From NCBI GenBank assembly GCA_964428555.1, contig CAYRYS010000002.1, positions 1,086 through 65,085 on the forward strand: 64,000 nucleotides of DNA, in the 5' to 3' direction. Positions 1 to 8,979 of this stretch are shown here, one piece after another; position 1 is the first letter of the stretch; each line of letters starts with the position of its first letter. A program made the position numbers and the translations under genes. Under the pieces are notes generated by a model. That model ran no database searches. It saw only the letters and a list, made by a program, of their open reading frames with translations, and had not been told where the DNA came from. Source of the stretch: an uncultured Spirochaetales bacterium (lineage in GTDB: Bacteria; Spirochaetota; Spirochaetia; CAYRYS01).

Positions 1-368
1 TTATAGCTGGAACAGAGCTACAACCTGGAATAATTTTCCAAGGAAGTATATTAATGTTAGGGCTTGTCTACATTTTGGTGCGGGCTGCAGGAAAGTATGG
101 GGGTGTTGTGCTCGGTGGTGCTTTGAGCAAAACGCCTTCGTATATCAAAAACAACCTAGGCTGGTGTATGCTTCCTCAGGCCGGTGTAGCAATTGGCCTG
201 GTACTTTTAGTTCAGGCTTCCCCGTTTACAGCCGGACTTGCAGAGAATCAGCGTGCAATAATTGGAGATATGGTAAACATTGTGCTTTTTTCTGTTTTTA
301 TCAATGAACTTGTGGGGCCGCCTCTGTCTAAGCACGGAGTTGTGAAAGGTGCTCATCTGGAGGATTAA
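1..368 (+). CDS. cation:proton antiporter (CPA/Kef-type Na+/H+ exchanger family), C-terminal fragment; 5' end lies outside the window
   Basis: Frame 3 is open from nt 3 with no stop. The translation IAGTELQPGIIFQGSILMLGLVYILVRAAGK...MLPQAGVAIGLVLLVQ is almost entirely TM-helix sequence, typical of the last helices of Na+/H+ exchanger family proteins. The stop overlaps the next start (TAATG at 366-370). Confidence 0.6.
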   Translation, partial: IAGTELQPGIIFQGSILMLGLVYILVRAAGKYGGVVLGGALSKTPSYIKNNLGWCMLPQAGVAIGLVLLVQASPFTAGLAENQRAIIGDMVNIVLFSVFINELVGPPLSKHGVVKGAHLED

Positions 369-1195
369 TGGAACTGTATAAAATATTAGAGAAACGCTGC
401 TGCACTGTCGGCTTAAAGGCAAAGACAAAAGAAGAGGTTGTTAGAAAATTAGCAAAGATTGCCTGTAAAAGCGAACTGCTTGCAGATATTCAGGAGAAAA
501 CGGTATTCGAAAAGCTTCATACAAGAGAGCAGCAGGGAACTACCGGCTTTGGCAATGGAATTGCGATACCCCATGCTCGAATTGAAGGAATGAAAGACTT
601 TCTTTTGTTCATCGTAGTTTCTCCGAAAGGTGTTAACTATGAAGCTATGGATAAACATTCTGTGCATATCTTCTTTGTAATTCTTGGACCTCCGGATAAG
701 GTGGATGCTCATCTGAAAATACTGGCAACGATTTCCCGGATGTTGTCTAAGACACAGCTTCGTAAAGAACTGCTTCAGGTAGGAAATCCCGAAACCCTGT
801 ATGAAACCTTTGTCCGATATACGCGCATCGAAGGCGAGCAGCAGGAGAAAACAAAAGAGAAGATGAAGCTTATGATAGTTGTACTTTATGTTGATGACTT
901 TCTCTATAATGTTCTTGAATTCTTCATAGAAGAAGGTATAGAGGGTGCAACTGTGATTGATTCATACGGAATGGGTGAGTATATATCAAATGTACCGCTC
1001 TTTGCCACATTTATCGGTTTTATGAATGAGAATAAAAACCAAAGTAAAACCCTTCTGAGCCTAGTCCCAGAAACAAAGGTTAAAGCACTAATTGAAGGAA
1101 TTGAAGAAATAACTGGAGATATGGATAAACGGCAGGGAGCCATGGTTTTTACAATGGATGTTGATTTTTATAAAGGTACAATGAAAATGATGTAA
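368..1195 (+). CDS. PTS EIIA type-2 (PtsN/EIIA-Ntr-like) domain fused to a C-terminal PII-like signal-transduction domain
   Basis: The N-terminal half carries the EIIA-2 phospho-histidine signature GFGNGIAIPHARI. The C-terminal ~110 aa (KLMIVVLYVDDFLYNVLEFFIEEGIEGATVIDSYGMG ... GAMVFTMDVDFYKG) follows the beta-alpha-beta / loop / beta-alpha-beta layout of GlnB-type PII proteins. A GGAGGA SD lies just upstream, and the gene is translationally coupled to the antiporter gene. Confidence 0.7.
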   Translation: MELYKILEKRCCTVGLKAKTKEEVVRKLAKIACKSELLADIQEKTVFEKLHTREQQGTTGFGNGIAIPHARIEGMKDFLLFIVVSPKGVNYEAMDKHSVHIFFVILGPPDKVDAHLKILATISRMLSKTQLRKELLQVGNPETLYETFVRYTRIEGEQQEKTKEKMKLMIVVLYVDDFLYNVLEFFIEEGIEGATVIDSYGMGEYISNVPLFATFIGFMNENKNQSKTLLSLVPETKVKALIEGIEEITGDMDKRQGAMVFTMDVDFYKGTMKMM

Positions 1196-1258
1196 GCCAA
1201 AACAATAAAACAGCATTTATCAGTTGCAATTGTAGGTACAGCTGTTTATTCTGTTGAT

Positions 1259-4200
1259 GTGGGAAAAAAAATACTATCATTAAAACTAGTATCACTGTGC
1301 GCCCTCTTGTGTGCAGTTTTCATACTCTCCGGCTGCGTCACTGACCTTTTTATTGAGCCGTTGGAAGCCCAATCTGCTCATCTCGACCTGGGTGATTGGG
1401 ATTTTTCTGAACATCCGATGGTTCAATTGGAAGGTGAGTGGGATTTCTATTGGCAGGAGTTGTATCATGATGATAACAGCTTACCTTTGCCAGATGAAAC
1501 GGTACGGATTCCCAGTTTCTGGCGTGAATATCAGAGTACTCCTGCAGATGCATTTTTCGGTTACTGTTCCTATCGGTGTGTTATTACCCTTCCGGATAGA
1601 GATGAAGTATATGCCTTCATTCTACCTGAAATGGGCAATAGCTATAACCTTTTCATAAACGGCGAGCTGTTCGCATCAAACGGCAGGGTAGGTGTTGACC
1701 GCGAATCCACTATTCCACAATGGGAACCACGGCTGCGAATCTTTGCGCCAGAGCAGAGGCAGATTGAACTGGTCTTGGAGGTAGCGAATTTTCATCACAT
1801 GAAGGGCGGAATATTTTATCCGATACAGTTCGGACGTGCCCTTCCGCTTATTCAGTACCAAAGATGGAATACAGGCGTCCGTCTTCTCATTTTCGGCGGT
1901 TTAATAATAGCTGCGATATATCATTTTTTTCTGTATCTTATCCGAAAACAGAACAAGTCAAGTCTGTATTTTGCCGGATTATGTGTGATTATTGGTATTC
2001 GAGCCCTCCTTGTCGGAGAATACCTAATTAATTATATGATTCCATTTCTGCCCTGGACGCTGCTCGTAAAAATTGAGTATCTCACTATCTATCTTACATT
2101 ACCGATAGAGTTTTTATATACTGCGTTCATGTTCCCAAAGGAGACATGGAAGCCTTTAAAACAGGTGTTTTCAGGAGTGGGAATTGTCATCAGTGCGGTT
2201 ATTATCATTACTCCTCCGATAATATTCACTTTTGTTAACAATGTATCTCTTGTTGCTTTTGCGCTTGCCCAGGTTTATGTTTTGATAATCCTTATCTCCG
2301 CTGCTTCAAAACAGAGACCAGGAGGTCTTACAGCTCTTATAGGCTTCATTCTTTTACTTTTTACCGTTATTAACGACATCCTTCACGGCTCTAATATTAT
2401 AGTAACCGGGAATTATAGTCATATTGGAACATTCATATTTGTCATCTCCCAAGGCATAATACTATCTCAGAAATTTGCCATTGCGTTTGATAAAAACGAA
2501 CAGCTTTCTAAGGATTTACAAAAACATACAAGAAAACTCGAACTGGTGAATATGCAGCTTGAGCGGATGAATAGGGTGAAGGATGATTTTCTTGCTCAGA
2601 CTTCTCACGAGTTTAAAACACCTCTTCACGGAATAATCGGTATGTCAGAAGTTTTACTGTCTCAGGATGAAGGGTTGTCAGAGACGCAGCGCAGAGATGT
2701 AGAGCTGATTTATGCAAGCGGGAAACGTCTTTCATATTTAATCAATGATATTCTAGATCTTTCTAAATTAAAGTATAAAGATATTATTCTCAATAGAAGA
2801 CCGATTTATCTGCATGCAGTTGTAGATGTAGTTATTGAACTCTCGCGCACAATATATATGGGGAGCGAGGTAATCATTAGAAATAATATTAGCGAGGATT
2901 TACCCCCTGTGTTTGCGGATGAAGGAAGAATTCAGCAGGTAGTACAGAATCTTCTTTCTAATGCAATGAAACATACAACAAGAGGCTCTGTTACTTTCAC
3001 TGCTGAAAAAGTGAGCGGTCAAGTAATTGTAAAGATTGCGGATACAGGACCTGGAATACCGGAAGATCAACTACAGACAATATTTAATGCTTATGAACAG
3101 ATCGAAAAGGGCGTTCCTGATGAGCGGGTTTCCGGAACAGGCCTCGGACTTGCCATCTGTAAGAAATTGATCGAGCTGCATGGAGGAAATATTTGGGCAG
3201 AAAATAATGAGGGTGCTGTTTTTTCTTTTTCTCTCCCTGCATATGCCGGAAGTATGCCGAGAGAGAAGAGCCAGGAACAGGAAACAGCGTTATCCGGTAC
3301 TCTCAGCCCAGTGGCTGAATCTAAATCTGACAAAACGAAAATCGTATCTACCATTGCCATTATTGATGATGAGCCTCTGAATCTCCAGCTTCTGACCAAT
3401 ATTCTTCAGCAGGAACGCTACATGGTTGTGTCGTTTCAAAATAGTGTGGATGCTTCTGTTGAAATCCCTAGGCGCAAAGATATTGATGTAGTTATCAGTG
3501 ATGTTATGATGCCTGGTCTCAATGGATACGAGCTTTGCAGGGAGCTGAGAAAAGGAGCAAGCATGTATGAACTTCCTATTTTACTGCTGACCATTAAGAA
3601 CCAGCCCGAAGATGTAGTTACAGGTCTTGAGTCCGGAGCCAATGATTTTCTCACAAAACCATTTGATTCTAGAGAACTGAAAGAGCGGGTAAGGACTTTG
3701 GTAAAACTAAAACGGCTTACTATGGCGAATGCTAGGCTCACAGAAGCAAATGCTGTGAATCAATGGATGATGCAGTTAATAACTCATGATCTCCGAAGTC
3801 CCTTATCTGGAATCTCAGGTGCTGCTGAGGTATTAGAGCAAAATCAGGATCTTTCTGTTGAATCTGAAAGGCTCTTGAAGAGTATTCGGGTTTCCTCAGA
3901 ACACCTTATTACATTAGTAAATAAAATGGCAGAGTTTATAAAAATGGAGAATGGAACAATAGTGCCGGAAAAAACGCAGCTGGATATAAATGTAGTATGT
4001 ACAGATACAGTAGAGCGTCTCAGGGCGCAGGCAAAAAAGAAGGACCAGAAGATCGTGCTCATACCGGACTATGAGCATTCTGCAGAGGTCAGAGCAGATC
4101 ACATCCGTTCAGTCGAGGTTATTGATAATATCATAAATAATGCTATTAAATATTCACCTCACGGCTCTGTGGTTACGGTCCAGATTGATGGCCAGGACGA

Positions 4201-4432
4201 AACATATGTGAGTGTGCAGGTTTCTGATCAGGGACCTGGAATAAAATCGGAGGAAAGGGAAAAGCTTTTTAAGAAATATTCTGTGCTTTCTGCTAAACCA
4301 ACAGGAGATGAAAAGTCCCTAGGCCTAGGGCTTTCCTTAGCAGCAGAGATTATGTGGAAACAGGACGGTTATATCTCAATTGATCCTGATTATATTGCAG
4401 GTACCAGGTTTGTAATACACTTTAAGAAATAG
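1259..4432 (+). CDS. 7TMR-DISM-type hybrid sensor histidine kinase with two kinase cores (DISMED2 - 7TM - HisKA/HATPase - REC - HisKA/HATPase)
   Basis: GTG start. Lipobox LSGC is at Cys26. The extracytoplasmic region has the GDWDF...LEGEWDFYWQEL motif typical of 7TMR-DISMED2, followed by about 7 TM helices. First H-box is SHEFKTPLH (His450, nt 2606) with N/G boxes (NLLSNAMKHT, DTGPGI, GTGLGL). The receiver has VVISDVMMPG (Asp748). Second H-box is ITHDLRSPLSG (His843, nt 3785) with NIINNAIKYS, DQGPGI and GLGLSL. Confidence 0.85.
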   Translation: MGKKILSLKLVSLCALLCAVFILSGCVTDLFIEPLEAQSAHLDLGDWDFSEHPMVQLEGEWDFYWQELYHDDNSLPLPDETVRIPSFWREYQSTPADAFFGYCSYRCVITLPDRDEVYAFILPEMGNSYNLFINGELFASNGRVGVDRESTIPQWEPRLRIFAPEQRQIELVLEVANFHHMKGGIFYPIQFGRALPLIQYQRWNTGVRLLIFGGLIIAAIYHFFLYLIRKQNKSSLYFAGLCVIIGIRALLVGEYLINYMIPFLPWTLLVKIEYLTIYLTLPIEFLYTAFMFPKETWKPLKQVFSGVGIVISAVIIITPPIIFTFVNNVSLVAFALAQVYVLIILISAASKQRPGGLTALIGFILLLFTVINDILHGSNIIVTGNYSHIGTFIFVISQGIILSQKFAIAFDKNEQLSKDLQKHTRKLELVNMQLERMNRVKDDFLAQTSHEFKTPLHGIIGMSEVLLSQDEGLSETQRRDVELIYASGKRLSYLINDILDLSKLKYKDIILNRRPIYLHAVVDVVIELSRTIYMGSEVIIRNNISEDLPPVFADEGRIQQVVQNLLSNAMKHTTRGSVTFTAEKVSGQVIVKIADTGPGIPEDQLQTIFNAYEQIEKGVPDERVSGTGLGLAICKKLIELHGGNIWAENNEGAVFSFSLPAYAGSMPREKSQEQETALSGTLSPVAESKSDKTKIVSTIAIIDDEPLNLQLLTNILQQERYMVVSFQNSVDASVEIPRRKDIDVVISDVMMPGLNGYELCRELRKGASMYELPILLLTIKNQPEDVVTGLESGANDFLTKPFDSRELKERVRTLVKLKRLTMANARLTEANAVNQWMMQLITHDLRSPLSGISGAAEVLEQNQDLSVESERLLKSIRVSSEHLITLVNKMAEFIKMENGTIVPEKTQLDINVVCTDTVERLRAQAKKKDQKIVLIPDYEHSAEVRADHIRSVEVIDNIINNAIKYSPHGSVVTVQIDGQDETYVSVQVSDQGPGIKSEEREKLFKKYSVLSAKPTGDEKSLGLGLSLAAEIMWKQDGYISIDPDYIAGTRFVIHFKK

Positions 4433-4446
4433 ATAGAAGGAAGAAG

Positions 4447-7155
4447 ATGAAGAATCGAATTGCATTCTGGTGTAATAAAGAGACATTTTTAAAACTCCCT
4501 CCGGAAAAAGTTCAGTTTTATCTATTTGCAGAATCTATGGAAAAGGTCCTCCAATATGTAGCTGAGGGAAGAGTTTACAGTATTCTTGTTGAGTTGGCTG
4601 AAGGTGAGCGCACCCTTCATGATTGCGAAAAAATTATTACTGGAACTGCATATCCTGTTATCGTGATGGTCGGTGCATGGGAAACCAGGCTTGGGGATGT
4701 TGCAGTACAGATAGGCGCAAATGGGTATGTAACCCGAACAAGCTTTTTCGATGATCAGGATGGAATTATTGAAAAACTGCTCCAAAAGCCGGAATCTGTT
4801 TCACACAAGTGGAATGAAAAATATGAAAAAGACAGCGATCTTTTCCGTGCATTTTTTCATGAATCATCTGTAGGTTTTACGGTTCTGGATGAGGAAGATA
4901 ACCTTCTGTATTTTAATGCTGCTTTTGAAGAAATGTTTTCTGTATCTACTAAGGCTGTAAATATCCGGATGAAATTGTTAATCCAGAAACAGGACCGGGA
5001 GGAATTTCTCCGCTGTTTTGATGATGTTCTCACAGCACGGAAGGAAGAGTGTTCTGTATCTGTGCGATGTGAAAATGGTGAGAAAGAGGATCGGTGGATA
5101 CAGATTTCCATTTCTTCTACATTTTTGGATAACTCTCCATATGTATTTCTTTCCTGTGAAGACATAACTTCTCAAAAAGCAAACATTGACAAACTTATTA
5201 ATGCAAAAGAGGTGGCAGAACGGTCGGATAGAATGAAGTCAGAGTTTCTTGCAAATATGAGTCATGAAATCCGTACTCCGATACATACTATTCTCGGTAT
5301 GAATGAATTGCTTCAGGATACTGACCTGGATGATGAACAGAACGGATATGCAAGACAGGTGCAATTTTCCGCAGACGCTCTGCTGAGTATAGTAAACGAT
5401 ATTCTTGATTTTTCAAAAATTGAAGCAGGAAAACTGAGTCTTGAAATAACTGAATTTGACTTGTACAAGGTAGTTCACGGAGCCGTGGATCTTATTACTT
5501 TGGAGGCCCATAGAAAAAATCTAGAGGTGATTGTTTACCTTGATAGAAATGTACCTCATCTGTTAAAAGGAGATCCGGTCAGGATACGCGAGATTATTAT
5601 GAACCTGATGAACAATGCAGTGAAATTTACAGATTCAGGTGAAGTGGAGCTGCGAGTCTCTACCAGATGGGAGAATGATGCAAAAGCAGGACTTCGTATA
5701 GATGTGCGTGATACTGGGGTAGGCATCTCTCACGAGGGTATCCAGCGTATCTTTCAGTCTTTTTCACAAGCTGATTCAACTACTACTAGGAAATACGGAG
5801 GCAGCGGTCTTGGGTTAACTATTTCTAGGAAGCTAGTTGAGATGATGAATGGAGAGATCCATGTAATGAGCACAGAAGGGGCAGGCTCTACATTTTGGTT
5901 CACCCTTGAGCTTGAAAAGCAGGAAAAGGCGAATATATATAAAGATTTTCCGGATATGTTTTTTGAGGATGTCCGTACGCTTGTTGTAGATGATAATGAG
6001 GCTGCAAGGAATGTAATGAAAACCTACCTTATGGATGCGGGTTGTACCGTTGTATTAGTACCTTCAGGAGAAAAGGCTCTTGAGGCAGCTGTTTCTCAAG
6101 CATCAGGATTTGATCTCTGCATTTTGGATTTGCGGTTAAAGGGTATGGATGCATGGCGTTTAGCTAGTATGCTGAAGGAGGATCCAAGGACAAAGGACCT
6201 GTCCTTAATCCTCGTTTCGCCAATTGGTACTGGAGAAGAAGAGTCCCGTATGAAGCGTCTCCATTGGTTTGAGTATTACTTGGATAAGCCGATAAAAAGG
6301 GGCGAACTGCTGGAGGTTGTATTTAAGTCTCTAAACAAGGAGCTTATCGAGGAACTTGATTCGACCCCTTCTGTGGATGAATTGGAACCTATAGAGTCTG
6401 CGGAAGACCAGTTTGTTGGAGATATACTTGTTGCAGAGGATCATGTGGTAAATCAGCAGCTTTTCTATACTATACTGGATAAACTCGGTTTTGCAGTTAC
6501 CCTTGTAGAGAATGGAAAGCAGGTGTTAGAAGCTGTTGAAATAAAAGGTTTTGACCTTGTTTTTATGGATGTACAGATGCCTGTAATGAATGGATATGAG
6601 GCAGCGCATCAATTAAAACAGAAAAGACCTGATCTGCCCATAGTCGCAGTTACAGCAAGCGCAATCAAGGGTGAACGGGAGAAATGTCTTGATGCAGGAA
6701 TGGATGACTTTTTAACAAAGCCTTTTAAAAAGAAAGACTTGATTCCGATAATAGAAAAGTGGCTTGAGCTAAAAAGTAAGGAACCAGCTGACCATAGTCA
6801 AGAATATCAGGAATACGAGGTATTTAATTACCAGGAGGCTGTTGAAACATTCCTTGGTAAAGCAGATGTTGTTAAGCGGCTTGCAAAAGGGCTTTCTGCG
6901 AAGATGAAAGGCCAAGTGGAAGAGATATCAAAAGCCTTAAATTCTGGAGATTTTGAATCTGCAGTTTCAGCTGCACATGCAATAAAGGGCGGTGCTCTGA
7001 ATTTACATATGAACCGAATCGGAAATGCTGCGAAAGATTTGGAGTACGCAGCAAAGGCTGAAGATCCGGATAAAAGTGCTTCAGCTTTGGATCGTCTAAG
7101 AGCTTCGTATTCAGCATTGCAAAAAAGGTTAGGGGAGCTTTTCTCAAATGAGTAA
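4447..7155 (+). CDS. hybrid sensor histidine kinase (pseudo-receiver-like N-terminus - PAS - HisKA - HATPase - REC - REC - HPt)
   Basis: GGAAG SD. PAS-like segment FHESSVGFTVLDEEDNLLYFNAAFEEMF. H-box SHEIRTPIH (His273). ATP-binding boxes NLMNNAVKFT, DTGVGI and GSGLGL. Two receiver domains (LVVDDNEA...ILDLRLKGMD and ILVAEDHVVN...VFMDVQMPVMNG...LTKPF). The C-terminal HPt motif is SAAHAIKGGALNLHM (His844). Confidence 0.9.
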   Translation: MKNRIAFWCNKETFLKLPPEKVQFYLFAESMEKVLQYVAEGRVYSILVELAEGERTLHDCEKIITGTAYPVIVMVGAWETRLGDVAVQIGANGYVTRTSFFDDQDGIIEKLLQKPESVSHKWNEKYEKDSDLFRAFFHESSVGFTVLDEEDNLLYFNAAFEEMFSVSTKAVNIRMKLLIQKQDREEFLRCFDDVLTARKEECSVSVRCENGEKEDRWIQISISSTFLDNSPYVFLSCEDITSQKANIDKLINAKEVAERSDRMKSEFLANMSHEIRTPIHTILGMNELLQDTDLDDEQNGYARQVQFSADALLSIVNDILDFSKIEAGKLSLEITEFDLYKVVHGAVDLITLEAHRKNLEVIVYLDRNVPHLLKGDPVRIREIIMNLMNNAVKFTDSGEVELRVSTRWENDAKAGLRIDVRDTGVGISHEGIQRIFQSFSQADSTTTRKYGGSGLGLTISRKLVEMMNGEIHVMSTEGAGSTFWFTLELEKQEKANIYKDFPDMFFEDVRTLVVDDNEAARNVMKTYLMDAGCTVVLVPSGEKALEAAVSQASGFDLCILDLRLKGMDAWRLASMLKEDPRTKDLSLILVSPIGTGEEESRMKRLHWFEYYLDKPIKRGELLEVVFKSLNKELIEELDSTPSVDELEPIESAEDQFVGDILVAEDHVVNQQLFYTILDKLGFAVTLVENGKQVLEAVEIKGFDLVFMDVQMPVMNGYEAAHQLKQKRPDLPIVAVTASAIKGEREKCLDAGMDDFLTKPFKKKDLIPIIEKWLELKSKEPADHSQEYQEYEVFNYQEAVETFLGKADVVKRLAKGLSAKMKGQVEEISKALNSGDFESAVSAAHAIKGGALNLHMNRIGNAAKDLEYAAKAEDPDKSASALDRLRASYSALQKRLGELFSNE

Positions 7156-7720
7156 TACATCGAATGGTAAAAGGCACATTGAAGATGTAAAAATACAGTT
7201 TGTGCTGGAGGTGTATGAATCTATTAATAAGCAGATCCAGCATATGGATATTAAAACTTCTATCTTGCTTTCTTGGAATGGAATCAGTGCTGTTCTGCTT
7301 GGAAGAGAATTGATTGTGATGGTTGCTGCACATATGCTGAATTTCGCAACAGGCATAATGGCAAGCTGTTCTCTTGTTCTGCTTATTATATCAAGTATTT
7401 ATGTTTACACAGTTCTAAAACCGCGGGTAGGCGCAATCCGGGAAACCAATTTTACCGGGCTTTTATATTCGGGCGACATCCTTTCCCTTGGAAAGGATGC
7501 CACAGAGCGTATGAAGCGGTATATTGATGAGCTAGTTGCAATAGAGTCGCAGGAAGAAATATACCAGCAGTTCGTTAAATCCATAGTCTTAATTGCAGAC
7601 ATACAGAACCAGAAGCACAAAAAGTTTATTCAAGCTTTAGCGTATACTGCTGTAGCTTTTGCCCTGCTTGTAGCTCTTATTGCAATAGTAGGAATTCAGT
7701 CTACAAATCCGGGGTTCTGA
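7148..7720 (+). CDS. small three-TM membrane protein, resembles the DUF5706 / Pycsar TM-effector (PycTM) family
   Basis: The ATG overlaps the last 8 nt of the upstream kinase gene, with a GGGGAG SD 11 nt upstream. An N-terminal amphipathic helix ends in HMDIKTSILLSWNGISAVLL, which recalls the aD-K-a..ll..ng motif I remember for DUF5706. There are two TM helices in the N-terminal half, a helical soluble segment, and a C-terminal TM (ALAYTAVAFALLVALIAIVGI). The family assignment is from memory only. Confidence 0.45.
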   Translation: MSNTSNGKRHIEDVKIQFVLEVYESINKQIQHMDIKTSILLSWNGISAVLLGRELIVMVAAHMLNFATGIMASCSLVLLIISSIYVYTVLKPRVGAIRETNFTGLLYSGDILSLGKDATERMKRYIDELVAIESQEEIYQQFVKSIVLIADIQNQKHKKFIQALAYTAVAFALLVALIAIVGIQSTNPGF

Positions 7721-8137
7721 TTATTCACCGATTATTTTTACTAGTACCCGCTTTCTTCTTTGTCCGTCAAACTCTCCATAAAAGATTTGCTCCCATGGCC
7801 CGAAATGCATTTTTCCTTTTGTAATTGCAACCACAACTTCCCTTCCCATAACCGAGCGCTTTAGGTGGGCGTCTGCGTTGTCCTCTCCAACATTATGGCG
7901 GTACTGTGCAACCGGTTCGTGGGGTGCGAGCTGCTCCAGCCATACATCCATATCATGATGAAGGCCTGATTCATCATCATTAATAAAAACACTAGCAGTA
8001 ATATGCATTGCGTTTACAAGCACAAATCCTTCCTCTATGTCGCTTTTTTGTACAAGCTTCTCAATTGTGGGGGTAATGTTAATAAACTCCCTCTTTCTTT
8101 TCGTGTTAAACCAGAGCTCTTCTGTTAATGATTTCAT
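7721..8137 (-). CDS. YjbQ/UPF0047 family protein (secondary thiamine-phosphate synthase-like)
   Basis: The 138-aa product has the family-typical FINITP..., [36 protein letters not shown] and [13 protein letters not shown] segments. It has an ATGA start/stop overlap with the upstream MscS gene. Confidence 0.85.
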   Translation of the reverse strand: MKSLTEELWFNTKRKREFINITPTIEKLVQKSDIEEGFVLVNAMHITASVFINDDESGLHHDMDVWLEQLAPHEPVAQYRHNVGEDNADAHLKRSVMGREVVVAITKGKMHFGPWEQIFYGEFDGQRRKRVLVKIIGE

Positions 8138-8967
8138 GTCTCCTCCTCTTCTGTTTCTTTGGATTGATTTTCATTTATAATAATCCTATAGGGTTTTGGA
8201 ATAATAATTCCTTCTTTCTTAAAATCTTCCTGTATAGACTGGAAAATTGTATTTTTTACAGTGACGTAATTGCTCTTCTCAAACCAGACTCCAAGCAGTA
8301 CGGAAATAGACCATTCTTCGAACTCTTTAAACAGGATTATCGGTTCCGGTTCTTCCAGGCAATGAGTGTTTTCATAAGCTATTTTTTTTAAAACTTTTTG
8401 CAGTTTCGGTAAATCTGTCTGAAGATCAACGCGCAGTGAAAAATCAAGTCTCCGAATTGGGAACTTTGTAATATTCACTACGTTTGTATTTAGAATCCGC
8501 TCATTAGGAATTCGAACAAATTGATTGTCGAACTTCCGTATTTTTATGGAGAGCAGGTCAATAGAATGAATGATACCTGTTATATTCTCTACTGACACAA
8601 CATCTCCGATTTCGAAAGGTTTTTCAGAAATTAAAAACATTCCGCTGATAATATGGGAGAGGCTGGTCTGTGAAGCGATACCGACTGCAATACCTACTAC
8701 ACCTGCAGCACCGAAGAGAGTAGCTGCCTGTACACCAAGTTCGCTGAGTACGAAAAACACAATTATTGTCAAACCAGTATAATTTATTGTTTTGGTAACA
8801 AGCATTTTTATCTGGTCAGTTGCTTTTTTTAGCAAAATTTTTTGGGTTAGGGCAATTAGTATACGCAGAATGAGAATTCCCGTAATGATAAATACCAGTA
8901 ATGAGAGTGTCTGGGTGAAAAAATGTGGTGGTATACTATTGATAAAGTTAGTAAAAACTTCAGTCAT
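8134..8967 (-). CDS. small-conductance mechanosensitive channel (MscS family)
   Basis: Three N-terminal TM helices are followed by the MscS pore/beta-domain signature [39 protein letters not shown]...[25 protein letters not shown]. Confidence 0.85.
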   Translation of the reverse strand: MTEVFTNFINSIPPHFFTQTLSLLVFIITGILILRILIALTQKILLKKATDQIKMLVTKTINYTGLTIIVFFVLSELGVQAATLFGAAGVVGIAVGIASQTSLSHIISGMFLISEKPFEIGDVVSVENITGIIHSIDLLSIKIRKFDNQFVRIPNERILNTNVVNITKFPIRRLDFSLRVDLQTDLPKLQKVLKKIAYENTHCLEEPEPIILFKEFEEWSISVLLGVWFEKSNYVTVKNTIFQSIQEDFKKEGIIIPKPYRIIINENQSKETEEEET

Positions 8968-8979
8968 CTTATTTCCTCG

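Noticed and set aside
1311-1658. A 115-aa alternative-frame ORF at the 5' end of the 7TMR-DISM kinase gene.
   Set aside because: It lies inside the DISMED2-coding region of a well-supported gene on the same strand. It has no SD and its sequence is Trp/Ile/Phe-biased, so it is a frame artefact.
6872-7333. Long antisense or alternative-frame ORFs from the six-frame track: 6872..7333(-), 15342..15737(-), 18080..18634(+), 24689..25267(-), 29849..30505(-), 54638..55108(-), 60133..60573(-) and 61217..61624(-).
   Set aside because: Each lies wholly or mostly inside a much longer ORF on the other strand or frame that has clear family motifs. Their translations are low-complexity or rich in Cys, Arg and Ser, with no motifs and no SD. 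They are typical shadow ORFs.
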